64,000 nt of DNA from contig JAVKOQ020000064.1 of the NCBI GenBank assembly GCA_031835245.2, positions 62,001 through 126,000 on the forward strand, in the 5' to 3' direction. The translations under genes were made by a program, and so were the position numbers. This stretch comes from Balamuthia mandrillaris. Its lineage: Eukaryota. Positions 30,373 to 42,180 of the stretch are shown here, in pieces; the first letter of the stretch is position 1; every line of letters starts with the position of its first letter. The notes under the pieces are model-generated. The model saw nothing but the letters and a program-made list of their open reading frames with translations, ran no database searches and was not told the origin of the DNA.

Positions 30373-32295
30373 TTATTTATTCTTTTTGTTCTTGTTCTCT
30401 TCTTCTTTTTCGTTTCTGCTTTTACGGCGATGACGATGACGATGATGAGAAGACGAATGTCTTCTTCTATTCTGCTTCTTCTTCTTCGATGCGTTATTCT
30501 CTTTTGCTTCCGCTTCTTCTTCACGAGCTGCTTCCTCCTCAAAACGAGCCAAGTTTTGCCAGAGAAAATCTTCCTCCTCCATCAACTTTTGCACGCTGAT
30601 AGGGCTCAACCGACTCAACACATCAACGCTCCGATGACCTTGTTGCTGCTTGTGGTCTGCCTCTGTTTCTTTTTGTATTCTTCCTCTTTCTTTCTCTTCT
30701 TCTGTAATGTTGGGATGACCAGCAGAGAGTGGTTCTTTTCTGTTTTTGTTGCTGTCCTTCTTCTTCGGAACGACTTGGTATACTTTTCCGGTCCATTTCT
30801 TCTCTATTGTTCTCTTCGTTTTGCCCGATACGATCACTGCCAACTTCCTCTCCTCTTCGCTTTCTTCTTTTTCTTCTTCACTCTCTTCTTTCTCTTCCTC
30901 TTCATTTTGATGCTCTCCTTCTTCTTCCTCTTCCTCCTCGCTTTGTTTACAGTAATCTTCCTCTGAATCCGATGAGAATACAGCAACATTCTTTTCTGCT
31001 GTTTCTTCTTCCTCGTATTCATCTTCTTCGTCTTCTTCTCCTTCAGCTTCTTCTGAACTATTCCGCCGAGGAATAGTCCTTATCTTGACAGTCCCCATCA
31101 ACATTCTTTCTTCATCTTCTTCTTCGCCTTCTTCAGGCGAGTCCTCTTCCTCCTCTGAGGAAGATGTTGAAGCCGCAGAAGAAGAGCTTCCCTCTTCTTG
31201 CAGAGACTGCAGGAAGCGAAGGCGCTCCTCCAACACTCTCTGTCGTTCCAGTTCCTTTGCTTTTGCCTCCTCTCGTTTCACTTGTTCTCTCCGCGCTTGT
31301 TCTTCTTCTCTCTCGTTTTCTTCCTGTTCATCATGCTTAGAAGCAACGGTGCACTCTGCAACCGTTTCCTTTTCTGCTTTCTTCGTACCCTCTCTCGTTT
31401 CATCCGCTTTTTCTTCATTCTTTAGCTCTTCTTGTTCTTTGCTTTCGTTTTCGTTTTCTTCTTGTTCTTCCGCTTCTTTTAGTTCCTCTTGGCATGCTTC
31501 TTCATGTTGTGGAGATGGAGAGCGTATTCTATATTTGGCCAACAGCTCCTGTTCGGCCTCCCTCTCCCGCGCCGCTTTGCGCCACACCCCAACTTGTTCG
31601 CCAATCAACGCTCTGTAAAACGATTTGGGCGAAGAAGACACCACAACATCTATCATCGTTGTCGTTTCGTTCTCCTCCTCGTCTTCTTCTTTGGTTTCTC
31701 GTATTCTATATTTGTTGACCGCTTCTTCTTCTTCTTCTGGTTCTCCCCCTTCATCCTCCTCAGAGCGAGAACGATTGTTGCCGACCGAAGAAGAGCGCGG
31801 AGAAGGACCGGAGACAATGCGATACTTTCCCATCGCGTCCTCCTCCTCCTTTGCCTTCTCCTCCGCCTCTTTCTTCTTCGCGATGAGGTCTATGGAAGAC
31901 TTGGCTTTCGTTCTTGGTGGTGGCAATATGCCATAGCGTCGTAGGATCGGATCTTCGATCTCCTCTACTTCGTCGTTTTCGTTTTCTTCTTTCGTTATTC
32001 GATATTTCTCCATAAAGGATGTTGTGGTGGTGGTGGTGGTGGTGGAGGCTTCTCTTTCTCTGTCGGTGCTGTAGGTGTGGATGCCGCCAGCCTGCCATGA
32101 AGAAGGACAGGCTAGCAAATGCTGGCCTAGCGAAGGAGAGGAGACAAAAGCAGAGGCAGGCGAAGGAGATTTGATGCGATATCGGTCGTAGGCGGTTTCC
32201 TCCCCGTCATCGCGTCCGAACGGAGAAGTGAAGCTGGGTCGACGGAGCGGTGGTGGTTGCGTTTGAGGAGAAGACCCACTGGAAGAGGGCTGCAT
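30373..32295 (-). CDS. Hypothetical acidic low-complexity protein with dispersed [KR]YRI motifs
   Basis: Uninterrupted ORF of about 640 aa. Six copies: DRYRI, EKYRI, RRYGI, GKYRI, NKYRI, AKYRI. Confidence 0.65.
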   Translation of the reverse strand: MQPSSSGSSPQTQPPPLRRPSFTSPFGRDDGEETAYDRYRIKSPSPASAFVSSPSLGQHLLACPSSWQAGGIHTYSTDREREASTTTTTTTTSFMEKYRITKEENENDEVEEIEDPILRRYGILPPPRTKAKSSIDLIAKKKEAEEKAKEEEDAMGKYRIVSGPSPRSSSVGNNRSRSEEDEGGEPEEEEEAVNKYRIRETKEEDEEENETTTMIDVVVSSSPKSFYRALIGEQVGVWRKAAREREAEQELLAKYRIRSPSPQHEEACQEELKEAEEQEENENESKEQEELKNEEKADETREGTKKAEKETVAECTVASKHDEQEENEREEEQARREQVKREEAKAKELERQRVLEERLRFLQSLQEEGSSSSAASTSSSEEEEDSPEEGEEEDEERMLMGTVKIRTIPRRNSSEEAEGEEDEEDEYEEEETAEKNVAVFSSDSEEDYCKQSEEEEEEEGEHQNEEEEKEESEEEKEESEEERKLAVIVSGKTKRTIEKKWTGKVYQVVPKKKDSNKNRKEPLSAGHPNITEEEKERGRIQKETEADHKQQQGHRSVDVLSRLSPISVQKLMEEEDFLWQNLARFEEEAAREEEAEAKENNASKKKKQNRRRHSSSHHRHRHRRKSRNEKEEENKNKKNK

Positions 32296-32804
32296 TCGTT
32301 CTATCCTCTCCCCTTCCCGGAATAATTTGTTAACAGATCGCAAGTTGAAGAGTTTGAAAGGGTAGAAGCGGCAAAAAATAATAAAATAAAAATAATAATA
32401 AAATTAAAAAGGATCTTAGTAGGAAAAATAAAAATAGCGTGATCAGAATAACCGGAAAAAAAAAAACACAAAGAACTACTACGGAGGTGGAGGTGGGTAG
32501 GAGGAGGAAGCCGCAACACAACAGTTTCGTTTTTTCTTTCTTTTTATTTTTATTTTTTATTTTTTTCAACTTTAAAAAAAAAACGGATTTTAAACATAAA
32601 AAAGATGTGCAGCCCTACCCAGAATCGAACTGAGGGCACCAGAACCAAAACCTGGTATGTTACCAACTACACCATAGGGCTTGAGTTGATGGGTTGCTTT
32701 TAATTTTGGGTAACGAAGCCCATAAATGGTGATTACGAATTTTCGTTTGCTTCTCTCCTCGTGTCGTCCCAATGGTTTTTCTCTTCTGCTTGTCGCTGCT
32801 GCAA

Positions 32805-33836
32805 ATGAAGCCACAGAAGCAGGGTCGTTGCTTGGTGGAAGAGTGTTTGCCGGAGGAGCTCTTGTGCTACACCCTGAGGATGTTGCCCCGCAACACCGTG
32901 GCAGCAGCAGCCAGGGCCTGCCGACGATGGTACGCCTGCAGCCCCCCGCCCCAAAGGCACCTGTTCTCCTTCCGCTGGGCCTGCAGCTCGCTGTCTCTCT
33001 TCCGCTGGGCGCTCTCTCAGCTCCCGGCGTCCGAGCAAGCAGGAAGAGACGCAGCGTGGAAAGCGAGAGTTTGTAAGGAAGCTGCTGCTAACGGCTGCTT
33101 GGAGGTGTTGCAATGGGCGAGGCAAAACGGATGTCCTTGGGACGAAGGGACCTGCATGGTTGCTGCTGCTGGCGGCCATTTGGAGGTGCTGCAGTGGGCC
33201 AGGGCCAATGGATGCCCTTGGGACGCAACTACTGCTTCCGCGGCTGCTATTGAGGGGCACTTGGGAGTGCTGCAGTGGGCCAGAGCTAATGGGTGCCTTT
33301 GGGATGAATCGGCTTGCAACTTTGCTGCCGTGCGAGGTCATTTGGAGGTGCTTCGGTGGCTTCGAGCCAATGGCTGCCCATGGGACGAGGGGACCTGCTC
33401 GTTTGCAGCCAACGGGGGCCATTTGGCAGTGCTGCAATGGGCGAGGGAGAACGGGTGCGATTGGAATGAAGGGACGTGCGCCTCCGCTGCTGCCAGAGGC
33501 CATTTGGGGGTGCTGCAGTGGGCCAGAGCCAATGGCTGCCCTTGGGGGAAGGCCGTATGCTCAGCAGCCGCTGCTGATGGCCATTTGGAGGTGCTGCAAT
33601 GGGCCAGAAGCAATGGATGCCCTTGGAGTGAAGACACTTGTGAGTTGGCTGCGATATTTGGGCAGCTGGACACGTTGAAATGGGCGAGGGAGAATGGATG
33701 CCCATGGAACGAGACCGTGTGCCACGGGGCGGTGGAGCAAGGGCATTGGGACGTGTTTCGATGGGCGCGAGATCATGGTTGCCCTTGCTGGCCCGAGGAC
33801 GAGGAATTCTTTCGCCAGCTAACCAAAAATCAATGA
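32805..33836 (+). CDS. F-box-like plus ankyrin-like (GHLEVLQWARANGCPWD-type) repeat protein, intronless
   Basis: N-terminal LPEELLCYTLRML....AARACRRW (F-box pattern) followed by nine 27-aa repeats. Confidence 0.85.
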   Translation: MKPQKQGRCLVEECLPEELLCYTLRMLPRNTVAAAARACRRWYACSPPPQRHLFSFRWACSSLSLFRWALSQLPASEQAGRDAAWKARVCKEAAANGCLEVLQWARQNGCPWDEGTCMVAAAGGHLEVLQWARANGCPWDATTASAAAIEGHLGVLQWARANGCLWDESACNFAAVRGHLEVLRWLRANGCPWDEGTCSFAANGGHLAVLQWARENGCDWNEGTCASAAARGHLGVLQWARANGCPWGKAVCSAAAADGHLEVLQWARSNGCPWSEDTCELAAIFGQLDTLKWARENGCPWNETVCHGAVEQGHWDVFRWARDHGCPCWPEDEEFFRQLTKNQ

Positions 33837-34074
33837 CGCCACACTGATGCTCTCTTGTAAAGCTTCGGGACTTTCTTGTTTTTTTTTTCTCCGCTGCAAG
33901 CGCTCTTCTTCCTCCTCGTTTTCTTCTTGCCTTTTCCATCACTTTTTCTCTCCCTCTCTCAATTTATTCCTGGAAACTTTTAAAAAAATCTACAAAAAGT
34001 TCCCGCCATTTTTTCCCCGTCCAACATCGCCTTGTTTTTACAGTGCGAACACCGCGGAGTTCCCCCGAACAAAG

Positions 34075-35167
34075 ATGGAAGGCCTGATAGAGAGGACCAA
34101 AGAGTTTGTGCGGGCAGAGCTGGAGGGCAACGACGCCTCGCACGACTTTTACCACATTGAGCGCGTGTGGAAGCTGGCCAAAACGCTGGCGGAGCGGGAG
34201 GGCGTGGAAGCCGGCAGCACCTCCCTCTTGATCGTGGAGCTGGCTGCTCTGTTGCACGACATCAAAGATTGGAAGTACTCTGGCGAGTACGTTTCCAATC
34301 GCCCTTCCCTTACCTTCCCTTTTTTTTTTTGCTTATGCCTTTCTTTTTTTTTTCTCTTGCCAGTGAGAAAGCTGGAGTGGAGGCTGCTAAATCTTTCTTG
34401 CTTCAAGAAAACGTTGACGCCGTAAGTCTAATCCCTCGCTTTTGCCTTTTTCTTCTTTCTTTTATTTTTACACTGTGAACCATTTATCTTTCTGCTCTTT
34501 ACTTTTCTTTCTTGTCGCTTCTTTCTTTCTTGTCGTTTCTTTCTTGCCGTTTCTTTCTTTCTTTCTTTCTTTTCTCTCGCTTTCTCGTCGTTCTCTCTTT
34601 TTATGTAGGAAGTTGTGGATAAAGTGGCACAGGTGATAGATGGAGTGTCATTCAAAAATGAGCTGGGCAGACCTTTGGAAGCTGCCTCCATTCCCATCGA
34701 GCTTGCCATCGTACAGGACGCTGACCGCTTGGATGCTATCGGTGCCATTGGTATTATCGTTTTCTTCTTTTTTCCTCTGTGTATTCTTTCACCTACTTTC
34801 CTTGCTTTCTGACCCTTTCTTTTGTGTTGTTGAAACCCAAGGGATCTGCCGAACGTTTGCCTATGGTGCCTCTCGCGGCACTCCCTTCTACGATCCTGAC
34901 GTACCCCCTCGCAGCGGCGTTCTCACCAAAGAAGCGTACATGGCAACGGATCACTCTCAAGCCAGCACCAAGAACAATAACAACAATGATGAGAAGAAGA
35001 CTCGTTCCCTTCCCAAAACAACGACCATCAACCACTTTTATGAGAAGCTGCTCAAGTTGAAGGACATGATGAAAACGGAGAGCGGGAAACGTATTGCGGA
35101 GGGACGCCATCAATTCATGGAGCAGTTTTTGTCTCAGTTCTATTTGGAGCATGATGCTAAAGCCTAA
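34075..35167 (+). CDS. HD-domain metal-dependent phosphohydrolase (YpgQ/YedJ-like)
   Basis: [61 protein letters not shown]. Confidence 0.92.
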
Positions 35168-35632
35168 ACCAACCAACAAAGAATAAAGAATACAAAGAAA
35201 GAAAGAAAGACGAGGAGGAAAAGGAAACAACAAAACCCAATGGCAGGAATGAAGGTCGTTTGTTTTTTTTTTTTTCCAAGGGTTTCAAAGGAGACCGCAG
35301 ACAACATTGTACTCCCACCACATTCCTCTTTCCTCCTCGCGTCAGCCTCCAAAAGCGGCTGTGCACAAACATCACATTGCACCCAGTTGGGTTTATAAAC
35401 GCTTAAGGAATTGGGTAAGGCACACTCGCTGTAAGATGTCTCACTTGAAAGAAGACGCTTTGTTCGGGAAGACGTGCCTCCTCCATTCGCTGATTATCCA
35501 TGACGACGCGATGTCGGTTGTCGACAAGAAAACGCAATCCAGAATTCCAATCATTCTTTGCATTCCCTCCAAACGGGAAATTCAACAAAAAGATTGTAAC
35601 GAAAAAGAAACAAAGAAGAAGAGGCAGCAGCA

Positions 35633-38142
35633 ATGCACAGGAGGGCGTTCTTTTGCAGGCAGGCACTGGCTACTTGTACAGTCTCTCGTAGCGAGGGTGC
35701 CACATGTACATATCTGCGTTTGAGTGGTGGCGGCGCCCAAAGAAGGTACAGCAGCAATCCACTGCTGGGAGAAGGCACGGAGAACCCTGAAGCATTACCC
35801 ATTTGCATTGTTGGGGTTCCTCTGGTTTGGTTTCTTTTCTTTTTTTTTTTTTGCTCTCTTTTTCTTTCTCTCTTCTAACACATATTTTTTTTCTTCAAAC
35901 GAAAAAAACAAAAAATAAATAAATAAATAAATAGGATGAGAACAGCTCTTTCATGAGAGGTAATGCAGAGGCGCCACCCAAGATAAGGGAGAAGTTTCAC
36001 TGCCCCTCCAGCAACTGCTGGTCAGAGCTGGGCGTTGAAGTCAAGCCACCTCTCATTAGAGATGTTGGGGACTTGACACTTGGATCTGTTGATGGTAATG
36101 AACTTTGTTACTCAGCTTTTCTCTGGTCTTCTCTGTGTCATCTTCATCGTTCTCTTCATTGTTCTCTTCTCTTCATCGTTCTCTTCATCGTTCTCTTCAT
36201 CATTCTCTTCTCTTCTCTTCATCGTTCTCTTCTCTTCATCGTTCTCTTCATCGTTCTCTTCATCGTTCTCTTCTCTTCTCTTCATCGTTCTCTTCTCTTC
36301 TCTTCATCGTTCTCTTCATCGTTCTTCTCTTCTCTTCTCTTCTTCTCTTCTCTTCGTCGTTCTCTTCGTCGTTCTCTTCTCTTCGTCGTTCTCTTCGTCG
36401 TTCTCTTCTCTTCTCTTCTCTTCTCTTCATCGTTCTCTTCTCTTCTCTTCTCTTCATCGTTCTCTTCTCTTCTCTTCTCTTCTCTTCTCTTCTCTTCGTC
36501 GTTCTCTTCGTCGTTCTCTTCTCTTCTCTTCGTCGTTCTCTTCTCTTCTCTTCATCGTTCTCTTCTCTTCTCTTCTTCTTCTCTTCTCGTTCTCTTCTCT
36601 TCTCTTCTCGTTCTCTTCATCGTTCTCTTCTCTTCTCTTCATCGTTCTCTTCTCTTCTCTTCGTCGTTCTCTTCTCTTCGTCGTTCTCTTCTCTTCGTCG
36701 TTCTCTTCTCTTCTCTTCGTCGTTCTCTTCTCGTTCTCTTCGTCGTTCTCTTCGTCGTTCTCTTCGTCGTTCTCTTCTCTTCTCTTCGTCGTTCTCTTCG
36801 TCGTTCTCTTTCTTCTCTTCGTCGTTCTCTTCTCTTCTCTTCGTCGTTCTCTTCGTCGTTCTCTTCTCTTCTCTTCTCTTCTCTTCTCTTCTCTTCTCTT
36901 CTCTCTTCTCTTCTCTTCTCTTCTCTTCTCTTCTCTTCTCTTCTCTTCTCTTCTCTTCTCTTCGTCGTTCTCTTCGTCGTTCTCTTCTCTTCTCTTCTCT
37001 TCTCTTCTCTTCTCTTCTCTTCTCTTCTCTTCTTTCTCTTCTTCTTCTCTTCTCTTCTCTTTTCTTCTCTTCTCTTCTCTTCTTCTCTTCTCTTCTCTTC
37101 TCTTCTCTTCTCTTCTCTTCTCTTCTCTTCTCTTCTCTTCTCTTCTCTTCTCTTCTCTTCTCTTCTCTTCTCTTCTCTTCTCTTCTCTCACTTCTTTCGA
37201 TTACTTATCTTTATTTCAAACATGCAGAAGGAGCAATGAAAACAATTGAACACAGCGTGGCCCATCTATTAGTAAACGGCTCCCTTCCGTGCCCGTCATC
37301 TTCAACTTCTCTACCTTCTGCTAAGAGAAAAAGTGAAGTTGTTGATGAGGATGAAGGTGTTGACACGAAAGAAGCAAACCGTGACCCATCCATGTTTCAT
37401 AAAGTTGTTTCGTTGGGTGGAGATCACAGCATTTCTTTCCCTCTTGTGTCGGCCGTGTCCAAGAAGTACAACGGAAACCTTTCATTGTATGCTCTCTTCT
37501 CTCTCTTACAGTTCTCTCTATCTCTCTCATTCTCCTTCTTATTTTTTTTAACTCATGTTCATATTCGATAACGACGAAACAGAGTGTTAATAGATGCCCA
37601 CGCAGACATGTATGCCGACTTTGAGGGCAACTACTACTCCCACGCCTCTCCTTTCGCTCGCATCCTCGAAAGCGGTCTCGTTCGCAGGATGGTCTCCCTC
37701 GGAATGAGAACTCTGCCTCTTCATCACCGCCAACAAATGGAGCGTTATGGGGTGGAGTGCGTGGAAATGAAAGACTTTTACTCTTGGAAGAACAGGAGAG
37801 ACGAAGATAAGCTGAAGAAGCTGTTGAGCTTTGAGGAACCGATTTATCTGTCTGTTGATATTGATGGCATCGACCCTGCTTTTGCTCCTGGTTTGTTTCT
37901 TGTGTTGTGTGTTCATTTGGGTGGTTATACTTAAGCTTTTTTAAACAAAAGGAGTAAGCCATCAAGAGCCAGGAGGATTCTCTACTCGCGAGGTCATCGA
38001 CTTGATCCACCAGATCCAAGGCAACATCGTGGCCGCTGACATCGTGGAGTACAACCCGAAGCGAGATGTGGCCGGCGGAATGACGGGCATGCTCTGCGCC
38101 AAGCTGCTTCGAGAGATTGCTGGAAAGATGTCTCTGCAATGA
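35633..38142 (+). CDS. Ureohydrolase (agmatinase/plant-type arginase), with predicted mitochondrial presequence
   Basis: DENSSFMRG, LGGDHSIS, DAHADMY..SHASPFARI, SVDIDGIDPAFAPGVSHQEPGG, ADIVEYNP. Arg-rich N-terminus. Confidence 0.92.
36140..37188 (+). repeat. About 1.05 kb composite (TTCTC)n/(TTCTCTTC[A/G]TCG)n satellite inside a ureohydrolase intron
   Basis: Directly visible; lies between a GT donor near 36094 and an AG acceptor near 37227. Confidence 0.93.
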
Positions 38143-38155
38143 ACCCAGCGTCAGG

Positions 38156-38227
38156 TTTTTCTGCCGACACATTCGTTCCGTGTCGACACGCGATTTTTCT
38201 GCCGACACATTATTTCCGTGTCGACAC
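38156..38227. repeat. Two-copy 38-bp-period direct repeat containing the palindrome GTGTCGACAC
   Basis: TTTTTCTGCCGACACATT(cg/at)TTCCGTGTCGACAC at 38156-38189 and 38194-38227. Confidence 0.85.
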
Positions 38228-38460
38228 AAGGTAAGCTTACGTCACTTTTACCCGAAATGAAATCAGGCTAATTTTTATTTCCATTTAAAGATATTTTAGG
38301 TTTTTTTGCGCCTCTTCGCTCATTTGTTGTTATTTTCGTGTGTTGATTGAAACAACGGAAAGCAAAAAGGTTTTTCAGCTCCATTTTTCGTTTATTTCTG
38401 TTTGTTTGTTTGTGTGTACTTGAATCGGGAGTTTCCTTCCTCCACCACCACTATAGCAGG

Positions 38461-40887
38461 ATGTTCACAATGCATCCTGGTCTCGTGCTTGTGGTTTGCG
38501 TTTTCGGAGTCTTATGGCCAGCGGTTACTGTTGGCACGTCTATCTCTATTTCTCTCTCTCTCTCTCTCTATCTCTCTGTCTTCTTCTCTTTCGTTCTCTC
38601 TCGCTCTCGCTCTCGTTCTTTCCCTCTCCCACTCTCTTTTGTCTGCTGATGCCTGCACTTCACAAAGGCCGTTCCTCTCATGATGATTTTTTTCACCGGA
38701 TAAACAACTATGAGGTAATCTCCCCTATGTGGCGCAGCGGAACGAACGGAGAGGCTGTAGAGCCTCACCTTAGGAGCCAAGATCCTCCGAGGACTCTGCG
38801 TATGTCTGCTTCATTGTCTTGATTTTCGCTTTGTTTTCTTATTCTTGCTCTTCGTTTTCAAAACTTCACCTTTTTCTCACCATTTTGGTTCCTTGCAACA
38901 TACAGAACTTGGTTTCTCTGCTTTCGGCAAAAACTTTGACCTGAAGCTTCGAAAGAACCATGAACTCTTTGCTTCCAACTACAAGGAACTTCACATCGAT
39001 GCTGAAGGAAACATAATCCCTCGCGACGATGCAAGCCACAAAACTACAAACTGTTTCTTCAAAGGAAAAGTTGTGTCTTCCTACGAAGAAGGAGAGGAAA
39101 GTTGGGCTGTGATCAACGTTTGTGCAGGTGAATCGAAAAGGTTTGCTGCTTTTTCGTTCTTTGTTGTTCTTCTTTCCCTTTTATCTTCTGTTCTTCTTCT
39201 GCTTCTTCTGCTGCTCCTGATATATGTCATGAACAACAATGTATAACCGATCGAACACATCAGAGCAACAAGTGGTCTCATTTACGCCTTTGGCGAGGAG
39301 TTCAGTTTAGAACCTGCTCCACATTATCTTCGCCGAGAGGACTCTGCCGAAGAGGAAGCGAGCATCATTTTCAGAACATCCGACATTCGCGAAGATGAAG
39401 AAGACGCAACGAGAACCTGTGCAACGATGAAGATTCATCCTCCGATCAACTCGACCAAAGTGATGAAACGGAGAGAAAGAGAAGCACAACTGGAACTGCG
39501 AACCAGAGAACTGGTTCCTAAACAAAGGTTTTACTTTTCTGTAGTTCTCACCCATCGAAGCATTTGTCTCTCATCGTCGTTTTGTGTACTTTTTCAACCA
39601 GTTGCACTCGTTATGTTGCAATCGTTCTGGTGAACGACTATAGTCGTTACAACTCCAAAGGTTCCCAAACGGAGAGCCTTGGAGCAGAGATAATGAGTTA
39701 CGTGCGAACACGTTACAGCAGCAGTATTGTCACCTGGGACTGCAAGATTGAGGTTCGCTTTCTGTCCTGTTCCTTCTTCCATCCTCCCGCTTATGGCTTT
39801 CCTTCTAATCAAACAAAAAACACAGATTCGTTTGATCGGTCAAATAACCTACACAAGCGCGAACCCCTCTGGTCTTTCGTACCGCGCGTGTAACACCTAC
39901 GACGACTTTCTCACGGGTCTCGAAACCGGAGGAACCTGTTGCGGTAGCTCCGCCACTTGGCTGGCTGCCTGCGCGCAGTCCTACGTGGAATGCCTAGACG
40001 AGGATAACAGCGTCAATGTGGAGCAAACGGGGTGCTTCGACCATTACTCAAATTACTTGACTGCTGGAGATGGAAGGAGGAGAAGAATGGTGACGGTGAC
40101 GGACGTTGCGTCGAAGAGCTCTGGAGAGATAGACCCCATCGCTTTGTTGGACTCTGTTTCGGCCTACTTTTATGACTCGGACCGAAGAAGTGAGATTGGA
40201 AATTCGTTTGGGAATCTGTATGACAGTGTACAATTGGTGAGCTCGAAGGACTTTGCTGGAAGTACCAGTTACGTACCTTTTTAGCGCTGTTTTTCCTACT
40301 CAGCTGCTCTCTTTATTCAGTCTCTTTGTTCTTTCCTCTTTCTCACAACCGCATCTTTCTTCACATCAAAAGTCGGAATGGCGAAGCTGACCTCCATGTG
40401 TACCAAAAGCAGCGCAGCCATCGGGGACATTTTCGGTCGCACCAGCTTTGAGGCTCACGTGACAGTGGCCCACGAGCTGGGCCACACCTTTGGAATGAGT
40501 CACGACTCTGGCGCGGGATGCCCCGTAAGCATCAACTGCAACTCCGTGACCGATGATCCTCCATGCGGATGTCCTCCTTGTGGCTATGTGATGGCAGCAA
40601 CGGACGCTGGCCCAACAGCCACGCATTGGACGCAATGCAGCGTGGATGACATGAATGAATACCTTGACGAGGACTATGGGACAGGTTTCTATGGCACCTG
40701 CTTGAACTCAGATGTGAAGTATAATGATTGCGATGACTGGACCGAAGCGGGGACTCCCGAGTATACTCTTTGTGAGGACGAAGAGGACGGAGCGGCTGAA
40801 GATGGAGCAGATGAAGGAGATGGCGTGGACGGAGCGGATGGTGGTGGTGCTGAGAGGTTGATGGCTGATGTGATGCTTTGGGTGTAG
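38461..40887 (+). CDS. Secreted reprolysin/ADAM-type (M12B) zinc metalloprotease with propeptide
   Basis: Signal peptide MHPGLVLVVCVFGVLW. Propeptide FSAFGKNFDLKLRKNHELF..CFFKGKV. Catalytic HELGHTFGMSHD with Met-turn YVMAA. Confidence 0.9.
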
Positions 40888-41082
40888 AAACGAAACGTGC
40901 GGAGAGTTGTTTTGTTGGATACAAGCGCAAGAAATACGGTTCGTGGCAATTGCTGTCTCTGTTTTCTTTCATATCTCAACGCTTGCAACAACTCACAGAA
41001 GGGAATAGACGAAGAGGATGGGGATAGGAAGAAGGAGGAGGAGTTAAACTCCTTTCCTTTTTTTTTTTTTTGCTCTTCTAGT

Positions 41083-42081
41083 TCATGCCCGCTCTCCTCC
41101 TTGCTGGTGTGCTTTCAAGGCAGCCACATAAAGGTCCACCTCGGGTATCAAGCCCACATGCTTGGGCGTCCACCCCAGCACGTCCTCCAACTTTTTGGGA
41201 TGGGCAACACAAGTCATCTCGCAGTACAGGCCGACAAAGTCATCCCCTGGCTCCGCTTGATACTCTATCTCTCCTTTCCACCCTTCGGCCTTGGCGAAGG
41301 CCAAGAAGAGCTCCTCAAAGGTGGGGGCGCTGTGGTCAACCACGTTGAAGATCTGGCCTTTGGCCTTGTAGCTGTGCACTGCGGCCAGGACGTAGGCCCG
41401 GCAGAGGTCGTCCACATGGATCCAGCTCCATCGCTTGTTCTTGTTGCCTCGGATGACGAGTTTCTGGTCCTGGAGAGAAGAAGGAGGGCGGAACATGCTG
41501 GAGTAGCTGCCGCTGCGGCCGTAGAGGAAGCCCGGTCGCATCACTATCCCTCTTACTCTTTCCTCACCGATGACCCTTTGGTCAAAGGCAGCTCTCTTGG
41601 CATCCGCTTCGAACCTGCAAGGACTGTTCTCATCCAGGAGAGCCTCCGAGTGTCCGTACACCAAGAGGCCGGAGGTGTAAATGTAGGTCTTGGCGAACGC
41701 GGGAGGCTCGGAGGAGGCGACCACCGTCTCAAACAAGGTTTCGTTGAACTCTTCTCCGCCAACGCAGTCCACGATGATGGAACATTTTTGGATGGCGTCT
41801 TTGTAGATGTTTGCATCGCTCATGTCTCTTTTGTGTGAGCTTCAGTACCACTTGAAACAAGATAGAAACAGAAGAAGAAAGAAGAAAGAAGAAGAAAGAA
41901 GAAAGAGAGTGGCAGAGGCAACACACCCAATGACGGGAAGGATTTCGTCTTTGAGTAGGTCGTTGGTTTTCTGAGGGTTTCGCACGAGTCCATAGACACG
42001 GTAGCCCTCACGCCTGAAGGCCCTGGCCACCGCTCCGCCGATGAAGCCATTGGCGCCCGCTACGAACACGCTGGTGGACAT
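41083..42081 (-). CDS. NAD(P)-dependent epimerase/dehydratase-like atypical SDR
   Basis: VFVAGANGFIGGAVA (GxxGxxG), YIYTSG, MRPGFLYG, WSWIHVDDL. One intron. Confidence 0.9.
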
Positions 42082-42180
42082 TTTGCTTGTTGTTATTGCT
42101 GTAATGCTTGCTGTGTAATTTTGTATTTTTGTCCCAAAAAAATTCCTGGAAAAAAAGAATCTATTCTTTGCATTATTACC

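Noticed and set aside
35953..37571. Long ORFs rich in SSLLF/REEKR (also at 8227-8736, 24328-25095, 46526-47172, 57886-58826)
   Set aside because: Translations of stop-free microsatellites, mostly intronic, not proteins.
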